From IMG/VR virus record IMGVR_UViG_3300003322_001075, positions 6,552 to 70,551 of that record: DNA of 64,000 nt. One strand, 5' to 3'. This DNA comes from a virus. The number at the start of each line of letters is the position of its first letter. Position 1 is the first letter of the stretch. A program made the position numbers and the translations under genes. Shown here piece by piece: positions 19,770 through 30,212 of the stretch. Under the pieces are notes generated by a model. The model searched no databases. It had not been told where the DNA came from and saw only the letters and a list, made by a program, of their open reading frames with translations.

Positions 19770-22700
19770 GGAATATTTAAAAGCTCTTTTTGAAGAGACT
19801 GAAAAAGACTATGATTTGGGAGGATATGAAAATTTTAAAAATCTCCTTTCTAATGATAGAAAATTCAGAGAGGCATTCTTCTCTGATGCTGGAGAAAAAT
19901 TGTCTCTTGGTAAAGATATAAATGAATTTGAAACCACATTAGGTTTAAAAAAAAATGGCTCTTCAATCTATTCGGAAGGCCCAAGATTTCGTTCGGAATA
20001 TTTGCCTTCGGATACGAAATCGGCTTCTATTTTAAACGCAAAACCTAAAATTCCAACAATCCAGGAAGCGACAACTAAGGCTGCGGCTAAACTTAATACC
20101 GGAGTTCAAGATGCTATCATTCCTGAACCTGAAAAACTTGATTTGCCTAAAAAAAGCCGGGCAGACATGTATACTTATGCCCTAAATCGAAATATTGATC
20201 TTTATAAAAAAGCTGAACAGGAATATAGTCAATATGAGGCATTAGAACAAATGGTAAAAGATTTGGCATCTGGTGACTTATTAGTAGATGAAGCACAAAA
20301 GGCTCAGATTATCGCTGATTATAATGCCGCCTTACCTAAAATTAATGAAATCAAAGATAGAGCACAACAGGCTTACGATAAAGCGGTTTATTTTGATCAG
20401 GCCTTACAGGGAAATCGTAAATTAAGAGCTTTGAATACTGATAGTGATTTCAAAGCTAGGTTTATTGATGTAGGATTAAATCAATTAGGGTCATTGGCAG
20501 GAAACGCCATAGCCGGAACAGCTAGGGTTTATGCAAATACGGTAAGTCCCCATGAACGTGCAAGCTTGGAACAAATACAGCAATTAGCGCAAAAATCAGC
20601 TGATGAACAACAAACAAGAGGCGAGTTCATGTCCCGACTGATGGATGAGAGGGATAACTATGCCAATAAAGAAATATCTGACATTTATAATCAAGCCGGT
20701 GGGGGATACAAAGGACTGAATGCTGCTACAGAGTACGCAGCTAAAAAATTTACAGAAAGCCTTCCTATTACATTGGGTATTATGGGGGCCTCACTGACCG
20801 GTGCAGGAGGGGCAGCAATAGCCAATACTGCCCTTTTTGGAGGTACGGCCAATCAGAAGTACGAATCATTGAAAGATCGTACTGATATGAGTGAAGAAGC
20901 TAAAATTACTAACGCCCTGGGAACTGGTACGGCTGAATTGCTATTTGAGGGTGTTTTGACCTCGGGCATGGGTTCTGTGTATAAGCAGATGATTAAAACC
21001 ATGGGGAAAGAAGCTGCTGCAAAGGAGATAAAGAAAAATATTATTGATTTACTTTCAAATAGCATCAAAAAAACCATGCCGTTATCCGGTGCGGTTATAG
21101 AAGGGTTAGGAGAGGGTGCTACTCAGTTTACTCAGAATTTTATTGATAAGGAAACTGATCCTACTAAGAAGGATATTAATTTGATGGATGGCGTAGTAGA
21201 TGCTATGGCCATCGGGACTGTAGGGGGTGCCGGATTATCTTCGCCAGCCACCGTGGCTCAGGGCGTAGGTTATCTTAATAGATCTGAAACCATCAAAAAA
21301 AATGAGGATTTGATGCAGAAACGAGAGGCGATTAAAAAAGATCTGAATACGGATATTTCAGAATCGACAAAGGACATTCTCTTGAAAAAAGATGCGGAGC
21401 TATTAGAAAAGCAAAATGAATTGGCAATTGAAGACCGCAATATATTAACAAATAAAATGTCGGATTCGGATCGTGAAACTGTGAAGGAATTATATAATCA
21501 ACGAGATGCCATTTTACAGTCTATTAATGAGGTGGAAGATCCGGTAACAAAAGAATCTTTACAAGAAAATTATGATGCAATTTCAAAAGAAATAGATAAT
21601 ATCTACACTAAAGCCGAAACCAATGATATACAACAGCCTGATAACATCACTACAACAGATGCTGGATCAGAACAGATTGAACCAGTTACAGAACAAACAG
21701 CAATTGGAGATGCTGAAGGAACAGGAATCACACCTGAATCAGGCGATACTGGAATACCAGTCGCTGAATCAGAATCCACCACAAGCAATGATATTGCAGG
21801 AACCGAACCAGCAACCACAAATCTAGAATCCACTTCTGCTGAAGATTTAAAGGAGAAATTAGTTAAATCAGGCAAGATTGTTCTTGATAAGTCTGGCAAG
21901 GTTCAAGATGTTAAGCAGAATAGTGGCGCATCGTCTCATTTTTTTCAAGACCTTGTTGCAATTTCAGGCACCGGAGACAAAGAGGAGGCTTTGAAAAAGT
22001 ACCTCAAATATAAAAATGATAAGGGTTCATTTAAAATGAATTTTGCCGATTGGGAAAACAAAATCATGAGGGATTATGGTCGTTCCGGTTACGAGTATGA
22101 TATAAGAACGGTTAAATCTGACGATAAAAACAATCCTCCGCCAACTCCAGATACTTATGCATGGTCGGGAGAGCAGAATGGCAAGCCTGTTATTTATTTT
22201 AATGGCGATTTGTTGGGCCGGAATGTTCCTTTCAAAGATCAAAAGTCAGGGTATATCAAATCTGTCATTGACCCTGAGATTGAAGCTTATAAAGAACAGG
22301 GAAATGAAAAGGCCGTGTCTAAAATGGAGGAATACAAGCGTTTATTTGAAGAAAAGGTCAATTCGAACCGTGATCTTAAACTGCATTTGATCCATAATGA
22401 AATGTATGGCATCATGAATAGTGGTAAGGAAATAACAGTGGACGATATTGATAGGAATTACATAATATCTGTTAATGAAGTTGATCGTCTTAATACTGTT
22501 AATCTTGCAAAAGATTATTTTGGGGAGCCGATGATTTTCACTACCGGAGCACCAGAAGAAATTACTAAATTTCGAAAGCCTGGGAGTGAAGGATATAAGA
22601 GGAATGACCCTTTTACTGGGCAGGAAGGCATTTATTTTTCAAGAGATATCCGTAATCAGGAAAAGTATGGAGGATTTGAAAAGGGAAATAAACCTGGACC

Positions 22701-25700
22701 GGGTAAAGATTTATATTATGTATTCCTAAGATATAAAAATGCGTACCATTTAGATGATCCTCAGGCACAGGCCAAATATCCTATTTCAGATATTCAAAAC
22801 ATTAGCACAGAACAAAGAAAAGCACTTGAGAAATTAGGGTATGATGCTATTATAAAATCATCTGTGGATAGGCCAAAGGAAGAAGTTGTGGTTTTTGAGC
22901 CTGATCAAATTGAAATTATTGGCACTTATAAAAATGGATTAAATGTTGAAAATACAGAAAAAAGTGATAATTTTGAATCTAACCCACAAAACAATGAAAA
23001 TAAAGCAGAATCAATACAGTCAACAAAGGAGTCGTCAAGCGCAGAAGGAAGTAGTCGAAATGCAGAAGCATCCGATGTCGCAAGAAGAATTCGTGGCACA
23101 GGTGAAGAAAGTTCGCAACTCAGTGACCAAGAAATAAAATCCAAAGAAGAATCTGCACTTCAAAAATATGCCAAAGAAAACGGTATTTGGTATGACTCAG
23201 CCATAGAAACATTTGGAGAACCACAAGCAGAAGGCACCGAGTCTTTGGTATACCTTGATGCTGATGGTAAAACTGTGTTTAAAATAAACACTGGCAGATA
23301 TTACAAAACGTGGGCAGATTTTTTTGATGCCATCGAAATAAATAATCAACTTTTCCCAGAAACTAAGTATGAAGTAATTGGATTTACCACTGCCAGGGGT
23401 AAATTTTCGGTTATTGTAAAGCAGCCGTTAATAACTGCCGAAAGAGGTGCAACACGAGAAGAGGTTAAGGCAGATATGGAGAAAAGGGGGTTCAGCCAGA
23501 TCGAGTTTGATGACTACCAAATAAAAGAAAATGGACTAATCATTAAGGATTTACACGGCCAAAACGTTCTTGTATCCAAAGAGGGCAATCTGTTTTACAT
23601 TGATCCGGCTATTTATATAGATCCGGAGTCAAAATATCTTAAAACCTCCAAAAATGACCAAAACTTGGAGAAAGGCGAACTTTCGGAAGCCGAAAAGGCA
23701 AACTTGGAAAATATTTCAGCTGAAACCAATGTAAACTTCAGAGAAATACAGAATGTATACACCAAATATGGTGAGGGAAAACCATTGTCTGAAATTACTA
23801 TCGAAGACTATCAAGAAGCACAAAAAAAGAGAGAAGACAGCAAAGAGCCCCCTGAAGGACCTGAAGATAATAGTGCATCTAAAGAATCGGATGGCAAAAA
23901 ATCAGGGAGAACGAAATCCTATGAGGAGTCAAGGGTTCCGGTAAGTAAGGAATATCGCGATATTGTTAACGACAATAAAGTGTATTACAAAGAGCTGAAT
24001 ATTGCTGACAATGCTCAAAGTGCTATTCAGTACCTGGAATCATTCGGAACCGATAAAGATGGCCTAGAAAAGGCATACGAGGATTTAATCAACGTTTTCC
24101 TGACCAATCCTTATTCAAGCCCTATTAATGGAGTGGCTGCGGAATTGTTATCTGACCGACTATTTCATGAGGCAAATAATGCTTATCTCAACGGTGATAA
24201 TAAAGAGTTTGAGCGCCTGACCGAACAATCCAATAAAATGCGGGAGGCAGCTTTTAAGGCAGCAACAGTAGCCGGGCAGTATAACGCAGCTTTGGGGATC
24301 TTAACAAGATCATCTAATCCTGATGCATTTCTGCTATTCGTTAACCGGGAAGTTGAAAATGAAATACAGGGACCAAATGCCAAGGCAAAAAAAGAAAAGG
24401 TTTCACGCAAGTCCAAAGAGCTTGAAAAGGAACTGGACAAAGTAAAAAAGGAGGTTCTTGACGAGGTAGCCGACACGGTTAAAGAACCGGCTAATAAAAA
24501 GCCTAAAAAACGAAGCAATCTTCAGAATCTCAAGGAACGGGGCCAGAAACGTCAGAAGGATGCTTTGGATAAGCTTAAAAAACTTGGTTATTTGGGATCA
24601 AGTGGCTTAAATAATGAATCTATAGAAGCCATAGGAGAGCTTATTTTAGCACAGATAGAGCTTGGAATTTATAAGGCAGCAACAATTGCAAAGAAAATAT
24701 CTGCACTTACAAATGGAAAGGTTAACTCTGATCACATAAAGGATGTATATGATCAGTATAAATTCGATGTGGATGGGAAGGAATATACGTTAAAGGAATA
24801 TTCTAACAAATTATTTAATGAGGAGTCAGCTGAAGTCAAAGAAAAGGAAATATCTAAACGAATTGATGATTTACTGAAAGATGAAAATCGTAAGGAGCTC
24901 ACTTTGTCTCAGCTTGTCAGACGAAATTTAGAAATTGGGGCCACTGTTGAATCATTGACCGATGCCATAGTAGCTGAGTTCGGATTAGGACAACAGGAAG
25001 CTCAAAGACTATCTGAAAGGGTTTATCAGACCTATAAAAGAAAACTTAGTGAAAAAATAGACAAAGTATTATCCCGGGAACTCGGAATTAAGCCGCTTAA
25101 AAAAATCAATGAGCAGGAGACTTCCGGGCCATACAAGCCAGAAGACAAAACCTTGGGAAGTAAAATCGTTAACCAAATCCTTGCCGGGGCATTGGATAAC
25201 AAAACTTTATCAGATGCTTTCTCCGTAAAATACGGACTTCCGGTTATTACGTCTACTGTGGCTAATAATATCCGTCTTCTGGCACTGAATGCCAAAAACG
25301 CAACTACCACCACCTCCAGGATGAGGGCTAACAAAATTCTTATGCAGTACATTCACCAGAATATGCCGATTAAATTCTGGAGTGTACTTAACAGCGCTTA
25401 TTACATTTCTTTACTTTCCGGGCCTTCAACTGCTGTTGTAAATACATTAGGAAACATTAATGCGCTTATCAATCAGCGATTTGAAAATGGGATTACCTCA
25501 ATTATAGAGGCTGCCCAGGGAAACAAAGCTAATTTGATAAATCCATTATCTTCAGATAAGATCAAGTATGCTATCAGCAATATAAATCAGGGAATCATAC
25601 AAGCGCTTGATATTCTTCAAAATGGTGGCGGAGAAAGCAAATATTACAACCTGAATCAAAAAGGACTGAACAATTTTGATGCAGAGCGCTTGGTTGCTAA

Positions 25701-27474
25701 AAAAAGTGATTTTAAGAACCTTGACCTTGCTAAAGCTCTTAAAACCGCAGCTAAGCTGTGGTATACTATTCCCACACTTGTCAATAGGAATCTTGATGCT
25801 TCGGATGTTATGTTTGATCATCTTAACTTCAACATGGAGGCGGTACGCGAAGTTAGGAAGGACTTATATAAACAAGGACTGCGTGGTAAGGACCTGGAAA
25901 CAGCAACATTTGAGACCGTATATGGAACAAAGGAGATTCAACAGCAAGCGATTAAGGATGCTCAGGTCGAAGCAGCTAAAATTGGTATAGACCCTGCCAA
26001 AGAAAAGAAATTCGTAAAACGTATTGCCTACGAGCTTATTCAACAGAGGCTTAGTGATGAAATTCAACGAGTTTCGAATATACAGGCTAAAGAAAATATT
26101 TATAAGGGTGCTCCAAGAGGGTTTACCGGTTATCTTGCCTCTAAAATTCCTACGATTGCTCTAATTACTCCTTTTGTGAGTACTGTAATGAAAATTGCAG
26201 AGCGAAACATGAACTATATACCTATCTATGGAATAGCCCGTTATGCAGGATACAGCGTCACAGATCTTGCCAGGAAATCAGATTCGATTGACAAAGCATT
26301 TACTGATAAAGGAATTGAGAATGTAAAACGGGAAGGAGAATTAAGGAATAAGCAATTGGCTCAAGTGCTGGCTTCTCATGCTTTGCTTTTTGGGTTGTAT
26401 GCCCTTTCTAAAGTGGGTTTTGATGATGACGATGACCCAAAAACGCCTGATATTCCATTAATTGACATTTCGGGTGGATATGTAGGAATGTCCTATAAGG
26501 ATCGTCAAGATGCAATTAATGATATGCCGGAATATATCATAAGAATTGGCAATTATTCGATGAACTATGAGCAAAATCCGTTACTTGCCATGGTCGCTTT
26601 GCCATTGTCAGTTCCGATGGATTACGAAAGAGCGGGGAAAGATAAAACAAATATGGATTTTCTCTTGGCGTATGCCAAGGCGCTCCCACTGTTCCTTATG
26701 AACCAGACTCCCCTCCAGAATTTCTCGGAGTTTTTCAAGTCTACCCGTGACTATGCAGATCCTTCATCCGAAATAGCGCCTGAACAATACGCAGCGAACC
26801 TGTTAAAATTCGTTATAAAACCTGTTTCGAACATTGTAGCTCCTAATACATACCAGCAGACAGCGGATTATATCAATCCTACAAAATACAACGCTACAGA
26901 CCTTAATGAAGTTCTTTGGAAATCGTTCAATATGGAAAAAATTGGCGGCCTTCATCCTACTTATGACGTTTGGGGAAGAACAGTTGAATTTTATCCCGGT
27001 GAACGTAGGTTGCCGCTACATTATTGGATGAAAAATGCCGGAGATGATGAGATTGACGCCTGGGCTTCAAAAAATGACATTTCAATACCAAGTATAAATC
27101 TCAAACAATTAGTGCTGGATCTGGAAACCTCTAAAAGTCATACGCTGAAAGACTGGGAACAGAAACAAAAGGATAAAGAGATGGATGATATGTCGGACGT
27201 GGGTGATGAAATCGAAGATACTTTAAATTATAAGGTTCTCTCATCTAAAGAATGGCAGGATATGGATCAAACCATCCGCTTTGAGGTATATAATGTCGTG
27301 AAAAATAACTTCCATAAGGTAAAAAATGATGAGAAGGATGCATCTGGACGTCAAATCATCTCAAAACCTTTCTCTCAGATGACAAAAAAAGAAGCCGATG
27401 AACGAATTGAATACTTTTTCAGACAAAAAAGACTTGAGTATATAAACGAACACTATCCGGTTTCAGAAGAATGA
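19762..27474 (+). CDS. giant polyvalent virion/ejection protein with ART-like and protein-kinase-like domains
   Basis: 2570 aa; Gly/Ala membrane-like segment; GEP...G.YFS...GYD.II...EVVVFEPDQI (ART-PolyVal-like, ~22500-22920); GTESLVY..VFK...DLHGQNV...YIDP (Kinase-PolyVal-like, ~23200-23620). Confidence 0.75.
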   Translation: MDEEYLKALFEETEKDYDLGGYENFKNLLSNDRKFREAFFSDAGEKLSLGKDINEFETTLGLKKNGSSIYSEGPRFRSEYLPSDTKSASILNAKPKIPTIQEATTKAAAKLNTGVQDAIIPEPEKLDLPKKSRADMYTYALNRNIDLYKKAEQEYSQYEALEQMVKDLASGDLLVDEAQKAQIIADYNAALPKINEIKDRAQQAYDKAVYFDQALQGNRKLRALNTDSDFKARFIDVGLNQLGSLAGNAIAGTARVYANTVSPHERASLEQIQQLAQKSADEQQTRGEFMSRLMDERDNYANKEISDIYNQAGGGYKGLNAATEYAAKKFTESLPITLGIMGASLTGAGGAAIANTALFGGTANQKYESLKDRTDMSEEAKITNALGTGTAELLFEGVLTSGMGSVYKQMIKTMGKEAAAKEIKKNIIDLLSNSIKKTMPLSGAVIEGLGEGATQFTQNFIDKETDPTKKDINLMDGVVDAMAIGTVGGAGLSSPATVAQGVGYLNRSETIKKNEDLMQKREAIKKDLNTDISESTKDILLKKDAELLEKQNELAIEDRNILTNKMSDSDRETVKELYNQRDAILQSINEVEDPVTKESLQENYDAISKEIDNIYTKAETNDIQQPDNITTTDAGSEQIEPVTEQTAIGDAEGTGITPESGDTGIPVAESESTTSNDIAGTEPATTNLESTSAEDLKEKLVKSGKIVLDKSGKVQDVKQNSGASSHFFQDLVAISGTGDKEEALKKYLKYKNDKGSFKMNFADWENKIMRDYGRSGYEYDIRTVKSDDKNNPPPTPDTYAWSGEQNGKPVIYFNGDLLGRNVPFKDQKSGYIKSVIDPEIEAYKEQGNEKAVSKMEEYKRLFEEKVNSNRDLKLHLIHNEMYGIMNSGKEITVDDIDRNYIISVNEVDRLNTVNLAKDYFGEPMIFTTGAPEEITKFRKPGSEGYKRNDPFTGQEGIYFSRDIRNQEKYGGFEKGNKPGPGKDLYYVFLRYKNAYHLDDPQAQAKYPISDIQNISTEQRKALEKLGYDAIIKSSVDRPKEEVVVFEPDQIEIIGTYKNGLNVENTEKSDNFESNPQNNENKAESIQSTKESSSAEGSSRNAEASDVARRIRGTGEESSQLSDQEIKSKEESALQKYAKENGIWYDSAIETFGEPQAEGTESLVYLDADGKTVFKINTGRYYKTWADFFDAIEINNQLFPETKYEVIGFTTARGKFSVIVKQPLITAERGATREEVKADMEKRGFSQIEFDDYQIKENGLIIKDLHGQNVLVSKEGNLFYIDPAIYIDPESKYLKTSKNDQNLEKGELSEAEKANLENISAETNVNFREIQNVYTKYGEGKPLSEITIEDYQEAQKKREDSKEPPEGPEDNSASKESDGKKSGRTKSYEESRVPVSKEYRDIVNDNKVYYKELNIADNAQSAIQYLESFGTDKDGLEKAYEDLINVFLTNPYSSPINGVAAELLSDRLFHEANNAYLNGDNKEFERLTEQSNKMREAAFKAATVAGQYNAALGILTRSSNPDAFLLFVNREVENEIQGPNAKAKKEKVSRKSKELEKELDKVKKEVLDEVADTVKEPANKKPKKRSNLQNLKERGQKRQKDALDKLKKLGYLGSSGLNNESIEAIGELILAQIELGIYKAATIAKKISALTNGKVNSDHIKDVYDQYKFDVDGKEYTLKEYSNKLFNEESAEVKEKEISKRIDDLLKDENRKELTLSQLVRRNLEIGATVESLTDAIVAEFGLGQQEAQRLSERVYQTYKRKLSEKIDKVLSRELGIKPLKKINEQETSGPYKPEDKTLGSKIVNQILAGALDNKTLSDAFSVKYGLPVITSTVANNIRLLALNAKNATTTTSRMRANKILMQYIHQNMPIKFWSVLNSAYYISLLSGPSTAVVNTLGNINALINQRFENGITSIIEAAQGNKANLINPLSSDKIKYAISNINQGIIQALDILQNGGGESKYYNLNQKGLNNFDAERLVAKKSDFKNLDLAKALKTAAKLWYTIPTLVNRNLDASDVMFDHLNFNMEAVREVRKDLYKQGLRGKDLETATFETVYGTKEIQQQAIKDAQVEAAKIGIDPAKEKKFVKRIAYELIQQRLSDEIQRVSNIQAKENIYKGAPRGFTGYLASKIPTIALITPFVSTVMKIAERNMNYIPIYGIARYAGYSVTDLARKSDSIDKAFTDKGIENVKREGELRNKQLAQVLASHALLFGLYALSKVGFDDDDDPKTPDIPLIDISGGYVGMSYKDRQDAINDMPEYIIRIGNYSMNYEQNPLLAMVALPLSVPMDYERAGKDKTNMDFLLAYAKALPLFLMNQTPLQNFSEFFKSTRDYADPSSEIAPEQYAANLLKFVIKPVSNIVAPNTYQQTADYINPTKYNATDLNEVLWKSFNMEKIGGLHPTYDVWGRTVEFYPGERRLPLHYWMKNAGDDEIDAWASKNDISIPSINLKQLVLDLETSKSHTLKDWEQKQKDKEMDDMSDVGDEIEDTLNYKVLSSKEWQDMDQTIRFEVYNVVKNNFHKVKNDEKDASGRQIISKPFSQMTKKEADERIEYFFRQKRLEYINEHYPVSEE

Positions 27475-27477
27475 TCG

Positions 27478-27648
27478 TCATCGCCCATTAATTTTCTGCC
27501 ATTCATTGAATATATAATTAAAGAAGGCCGAGTCTGACATCCCATGCAGATTAGCATAGTATTGAACTAATTTTTTTCGGTGCAAACCGCGAAACCAGAC
27601 CTTTGTATGAGGAGGTAATTTCCGCTTATTTTTTTTTTGTATCCCCAT
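27478..27648 (-). CDS. small ribbon-helix-helix-like regulator (not in ORF track)
   Basis: 56 aa MGIQKKNKRKLPPHTKVWFRGLHRKKLVQYYANLHGMSDSAFFNYIFNEWQKINGR; TATATTTG upstream; divergent from the capsid gene. Confidence 0.5.
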   Translation of the reverse strand: MGIQKKNKRKLPPHTKVWFRGLHRKKLVQYYANLHGMSDSAFFNYIFNEWQKINGR

Positions 27649-27728
27649 TGTAGTACTACAAATATAATGCCTGTGGTGTCATAATCAAATGCATATATGA
27701 AATTTGTTTTCAATAAATAAATTATCGC

Positions 27729-29057
27729 ATGCCACAACAGCCATTAGTACCCAATGATCAGGAGGCGTTATACCTCTTCGACTTGGCAGGTTATGTTCCT
27801 TCAGTATTTGAGAAGGCGGTAACCATTCAGAATCCAGCCTTTCAAAGACCAGCATTAACCAAATTGGTTCAATATTTTGGTAACGAAGGTATTCAAACAA
27901 CAGACCGTTCAGGTAATCGTGTATTTAATCAGGCAGTACAACAAAATGATTATCCATTCGCTACTATTCAGTCTTCGACTGCCAATGGATCATTGCTTGT
28001 TTTGACATTTACCGATCCTACTTTCAATGATTTCGCGCAAGGAACTACTATCGCATCGGATAGTAAAACGCTAGCAAGAATTGAATCGACTGCTCCTGGA
28101 ACTGTAACCATTTCTTGTGTAAAAACATCATCAGGAGGAACTTCTTTTGGGGTTTCTGATTTCGTAGCGGGCGAAGGCACTTCCTTGATGGGTATGTGGG
28201 GTAATATCAATAATCGTATTAATTACACAATCCCAACATCTATTCCAACAAAATATACAAATATCATTGGACAGTTTGATGGTGGATGTGAAATCAAATA
28301 CGATGAAGTATACACTAAGACATATTTCGATTTCCAAGGCAATACTGCTTACCTATCAGGTAAAGAATATATTGCTTTGCAGAAGTTCTACCAATACTAC
28401 TATGCGTACATGAGTAGCGATTTCCCATTAGTATATGGTAATATTCCAATGCCTGCCACATGGGTAAATCAAATCAAAACCATGGGTGGCTTCCAGATTC
28501 CTAAAACTGGGCCATTGACCCTTGCAGGATTCCAGCAAATTGCTAAGGAATATATCATTAATTCGGGTCTTAAAGGGGATAGAATTATGATCATCTGTGG
28601 ATCAGATTACGCTTTCCAGATCGGTGATATTTTAACTCCTTATGTACTTACTGCCGGAGTGAATAATGTGGTAGGAGGGAAAGATGTAAGTGGTATGTCA
28701 ATTACCAATTATAGCGTTCTTAGCAAACAACTGATGGTAATTACCGATCCGTTCATGGATAATCGTAAAATTTTCGGTGTGAATGATAATAGCGGTTATT
28801 CAAATCGTTCAGATTCAGCTATATGGTTCTCTCCTGAAATGGTACAGGTTGAAGGTGGTGGAGTAGTTCCTCCGGTGATCGACAAATACTTTGGTGTCCC
28901 AAATCTAATTACCAGTGAAACACCAGGTATCATTGACAGGCGTGGCAATCCAATCGAGAGAGGTGCCGGAAGTAATAAATCTTGTATTATTAACTACTCA
29001 ATGGACAGAGTAACACAAATTACCAACTGTGCCATGGCAATGTATCACGGTAACTAA
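27729..29057 (+). CDS. major capsid protein (putative)
   Basis: 442 aa, first gene of a terminator-bounded operon; size and composition fit an HK97-fold crAss-like MCP; weak motif evidence. Confidence 0.6.
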   Translation: MPQQPLVPNDQEALYLFDLAGYVPSVFEKAVTIQNPAFQRPALTKLVQYFGNEGIQTTDRSGNRVFNQAVQQNDYPFATIQSSTANGSLLVLTFTDPTFNDFAQGTTIASDSKTLARIESTAPGTVTISCVKTSSGGTSFGVSDFVAGEGTSLMGMWGNINNRINYTIPTSIPTKYTNIIGQFDGGCEIKYDEVYTKTYFDFQGNTAYLSGKEYIALQKFYQYYYAYMSSDFPLVYGNIPMPATWVNQIKTMGGFQIPKTGPLTLAGFQQIAKEYIINSGLKGDRIMIICGSDYAFQIGDILTPYVLTAGVNNVVGGKDVSGMSITNYSVLSKQLMVITDPFMDNRKIFGVNDNSGYSNRSDSAIWFSPEMVQVEGGGVVPPVIDKYFGVPNLITSETPGIIDRRGNPIERGAGSNKSCIINYSMDRVTQITNCAMAMYHGN

Positions 29058-29079
29058 CAATTAAAAAAAATTAAACAAC

Positions 29080-30111
29080 ATGCAAACCATACCATTAAAA
29101 GTATTAAACACTGTTACAGCTCAAGGAACTGACTGTTCAGTAGATACAAACGGAGTTGCCGTTATAGCGGGGTTTTCAGTAGATACGAAGAATATCGTTG
29201 ATATTACCAAGCAGGCATCTGTAGCTGAAACCAAGGCTGGGTGGACTATAACTCCTCCAGATCCTTCAGCAGATTCTGTGTTCCAGCTTGTAATCAGCGG
29301 TTATCATATTTCAACCGGAGAGCCTTATTATGTCCCATTAACTGTATATGCAGTATCAGCAGACACAGCTACAACTGTATGTGATGATTTTCGTAGTCAG
29401 CTTGCGGTTCTTACAGATCTGAATGTTGCAGCATCTGGCACCTCAACACTTATCCTTACAGCAACAGGAGTAACCAGTGCTGGTTTTAGTCAGCTTGCTC
29501 AATTTCAGGTAGACCAGGGAAATCTTACTACTGTAGATTTTACAAGTATTACCAATACTACACCGGGTGTTCCTGCACAAGGTACAGTAGATGTGCTGAA
29601 GCGTAAATATTCACAGCAAAACCTTATGACTAATCTTGGATATGGCTCGATTGCTGATCTTACTTCAGGATCAACATATACTGAGTATAATGTTTCATAC
29701 TACAGATATTCGCCAGGAAGTCCACTCCATGTCGGAAATCTTGCAACGATCACCTATGTTTTGTTGGTAAAAGAAGGCGTAACAAACTTTGACGACCTTT
29801 GCGGAACATATGGAACGCTTACAGGACTTAAAGCTGGTTATGCAACAACCATTTCAGCAGCTACTACTGTTTCAAATAAAGCAGCTGCAATCACGGTAAC
29901 TACTGGTGTGGTTACGCTGTCAGGCTCAGATTCTCCAACTTTTGCATCAGAAGATATTCGTGTAGATGATGTGATCAATATTGGAGGAACTTCCGGAACC
30001 TATACACGCAACCAATCAGTGCTCACGCAAACAACTGCCGTAGGCACAACGATTGTAGCTGTAGCAGCTTCGGCATACCGAGTCATTAAATATCGCCCCA
30101 TCCCTTACTAG
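29080..30111 (+). CDS. auxiliary capsid / decoration protein
   Basis: Thr/Val/Ala-rich beta protein directly after the MCP. Confidence 0.5.
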   Translation: MQTIPLKVLNTVTAQGTDCSVDTNGVAVIAGFSVDTKNIVDITKQASVAETKAGWTITPPDPSADSVFQLVISGYHISTGEPYYVPLTVYAVSADTATTVCDDFRSQLAVLTDLNVAASGTSTLILTATGVTSAGFSQLAQFQVDQGNLTTVDFTSITNTTPGVPAQGTVDVLKRKYSQQNLMTNLGYGSIADLTSGSTYTEYNVSYYRYSPGSPLHVGNLATITYVLLVKEGVTNFDDLCGTYGTLTGLKAGYATTISAATTVSNKAAAITVTTGVVTLSGSDSPTFASEDIRVDDVINIGGTSGTYTRNQSVLTQTTAVGTTIVAVAASAYRVIKYRPIPY

Positions 30112-30139
30112 TTTCTCATAATTCTTAATCAGGCAAATG

Positions 30140-30173
30140 GCCGGGTAGTTAACTCTATCCGGCTTTTGTTTTT
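30140..30173 (+). terminator. rho-independent terminator
   Basis: GCCGGGTAG-TTAACT-CTATCCGGC followed by TTTTGTTTTT. Confidence 0.8.
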
Positions 30174-30212
30174 ATCATAAAAGGTTTAATTTTGTGTAAA
30201 CAAAAAGAATTT

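Noticed and set aside
14766-26067. Many antisense and alternate-frame ORFs in the track
   Set aside because: Shadows of long real genes, lacking start context and motifs
19762-27474. Virion RNA polymerase
   Set aside because: No DxDxD catalytic motif in a polymerase-like context was seen; the DDDDD run near the C-terminus follows a hydrophobic helix
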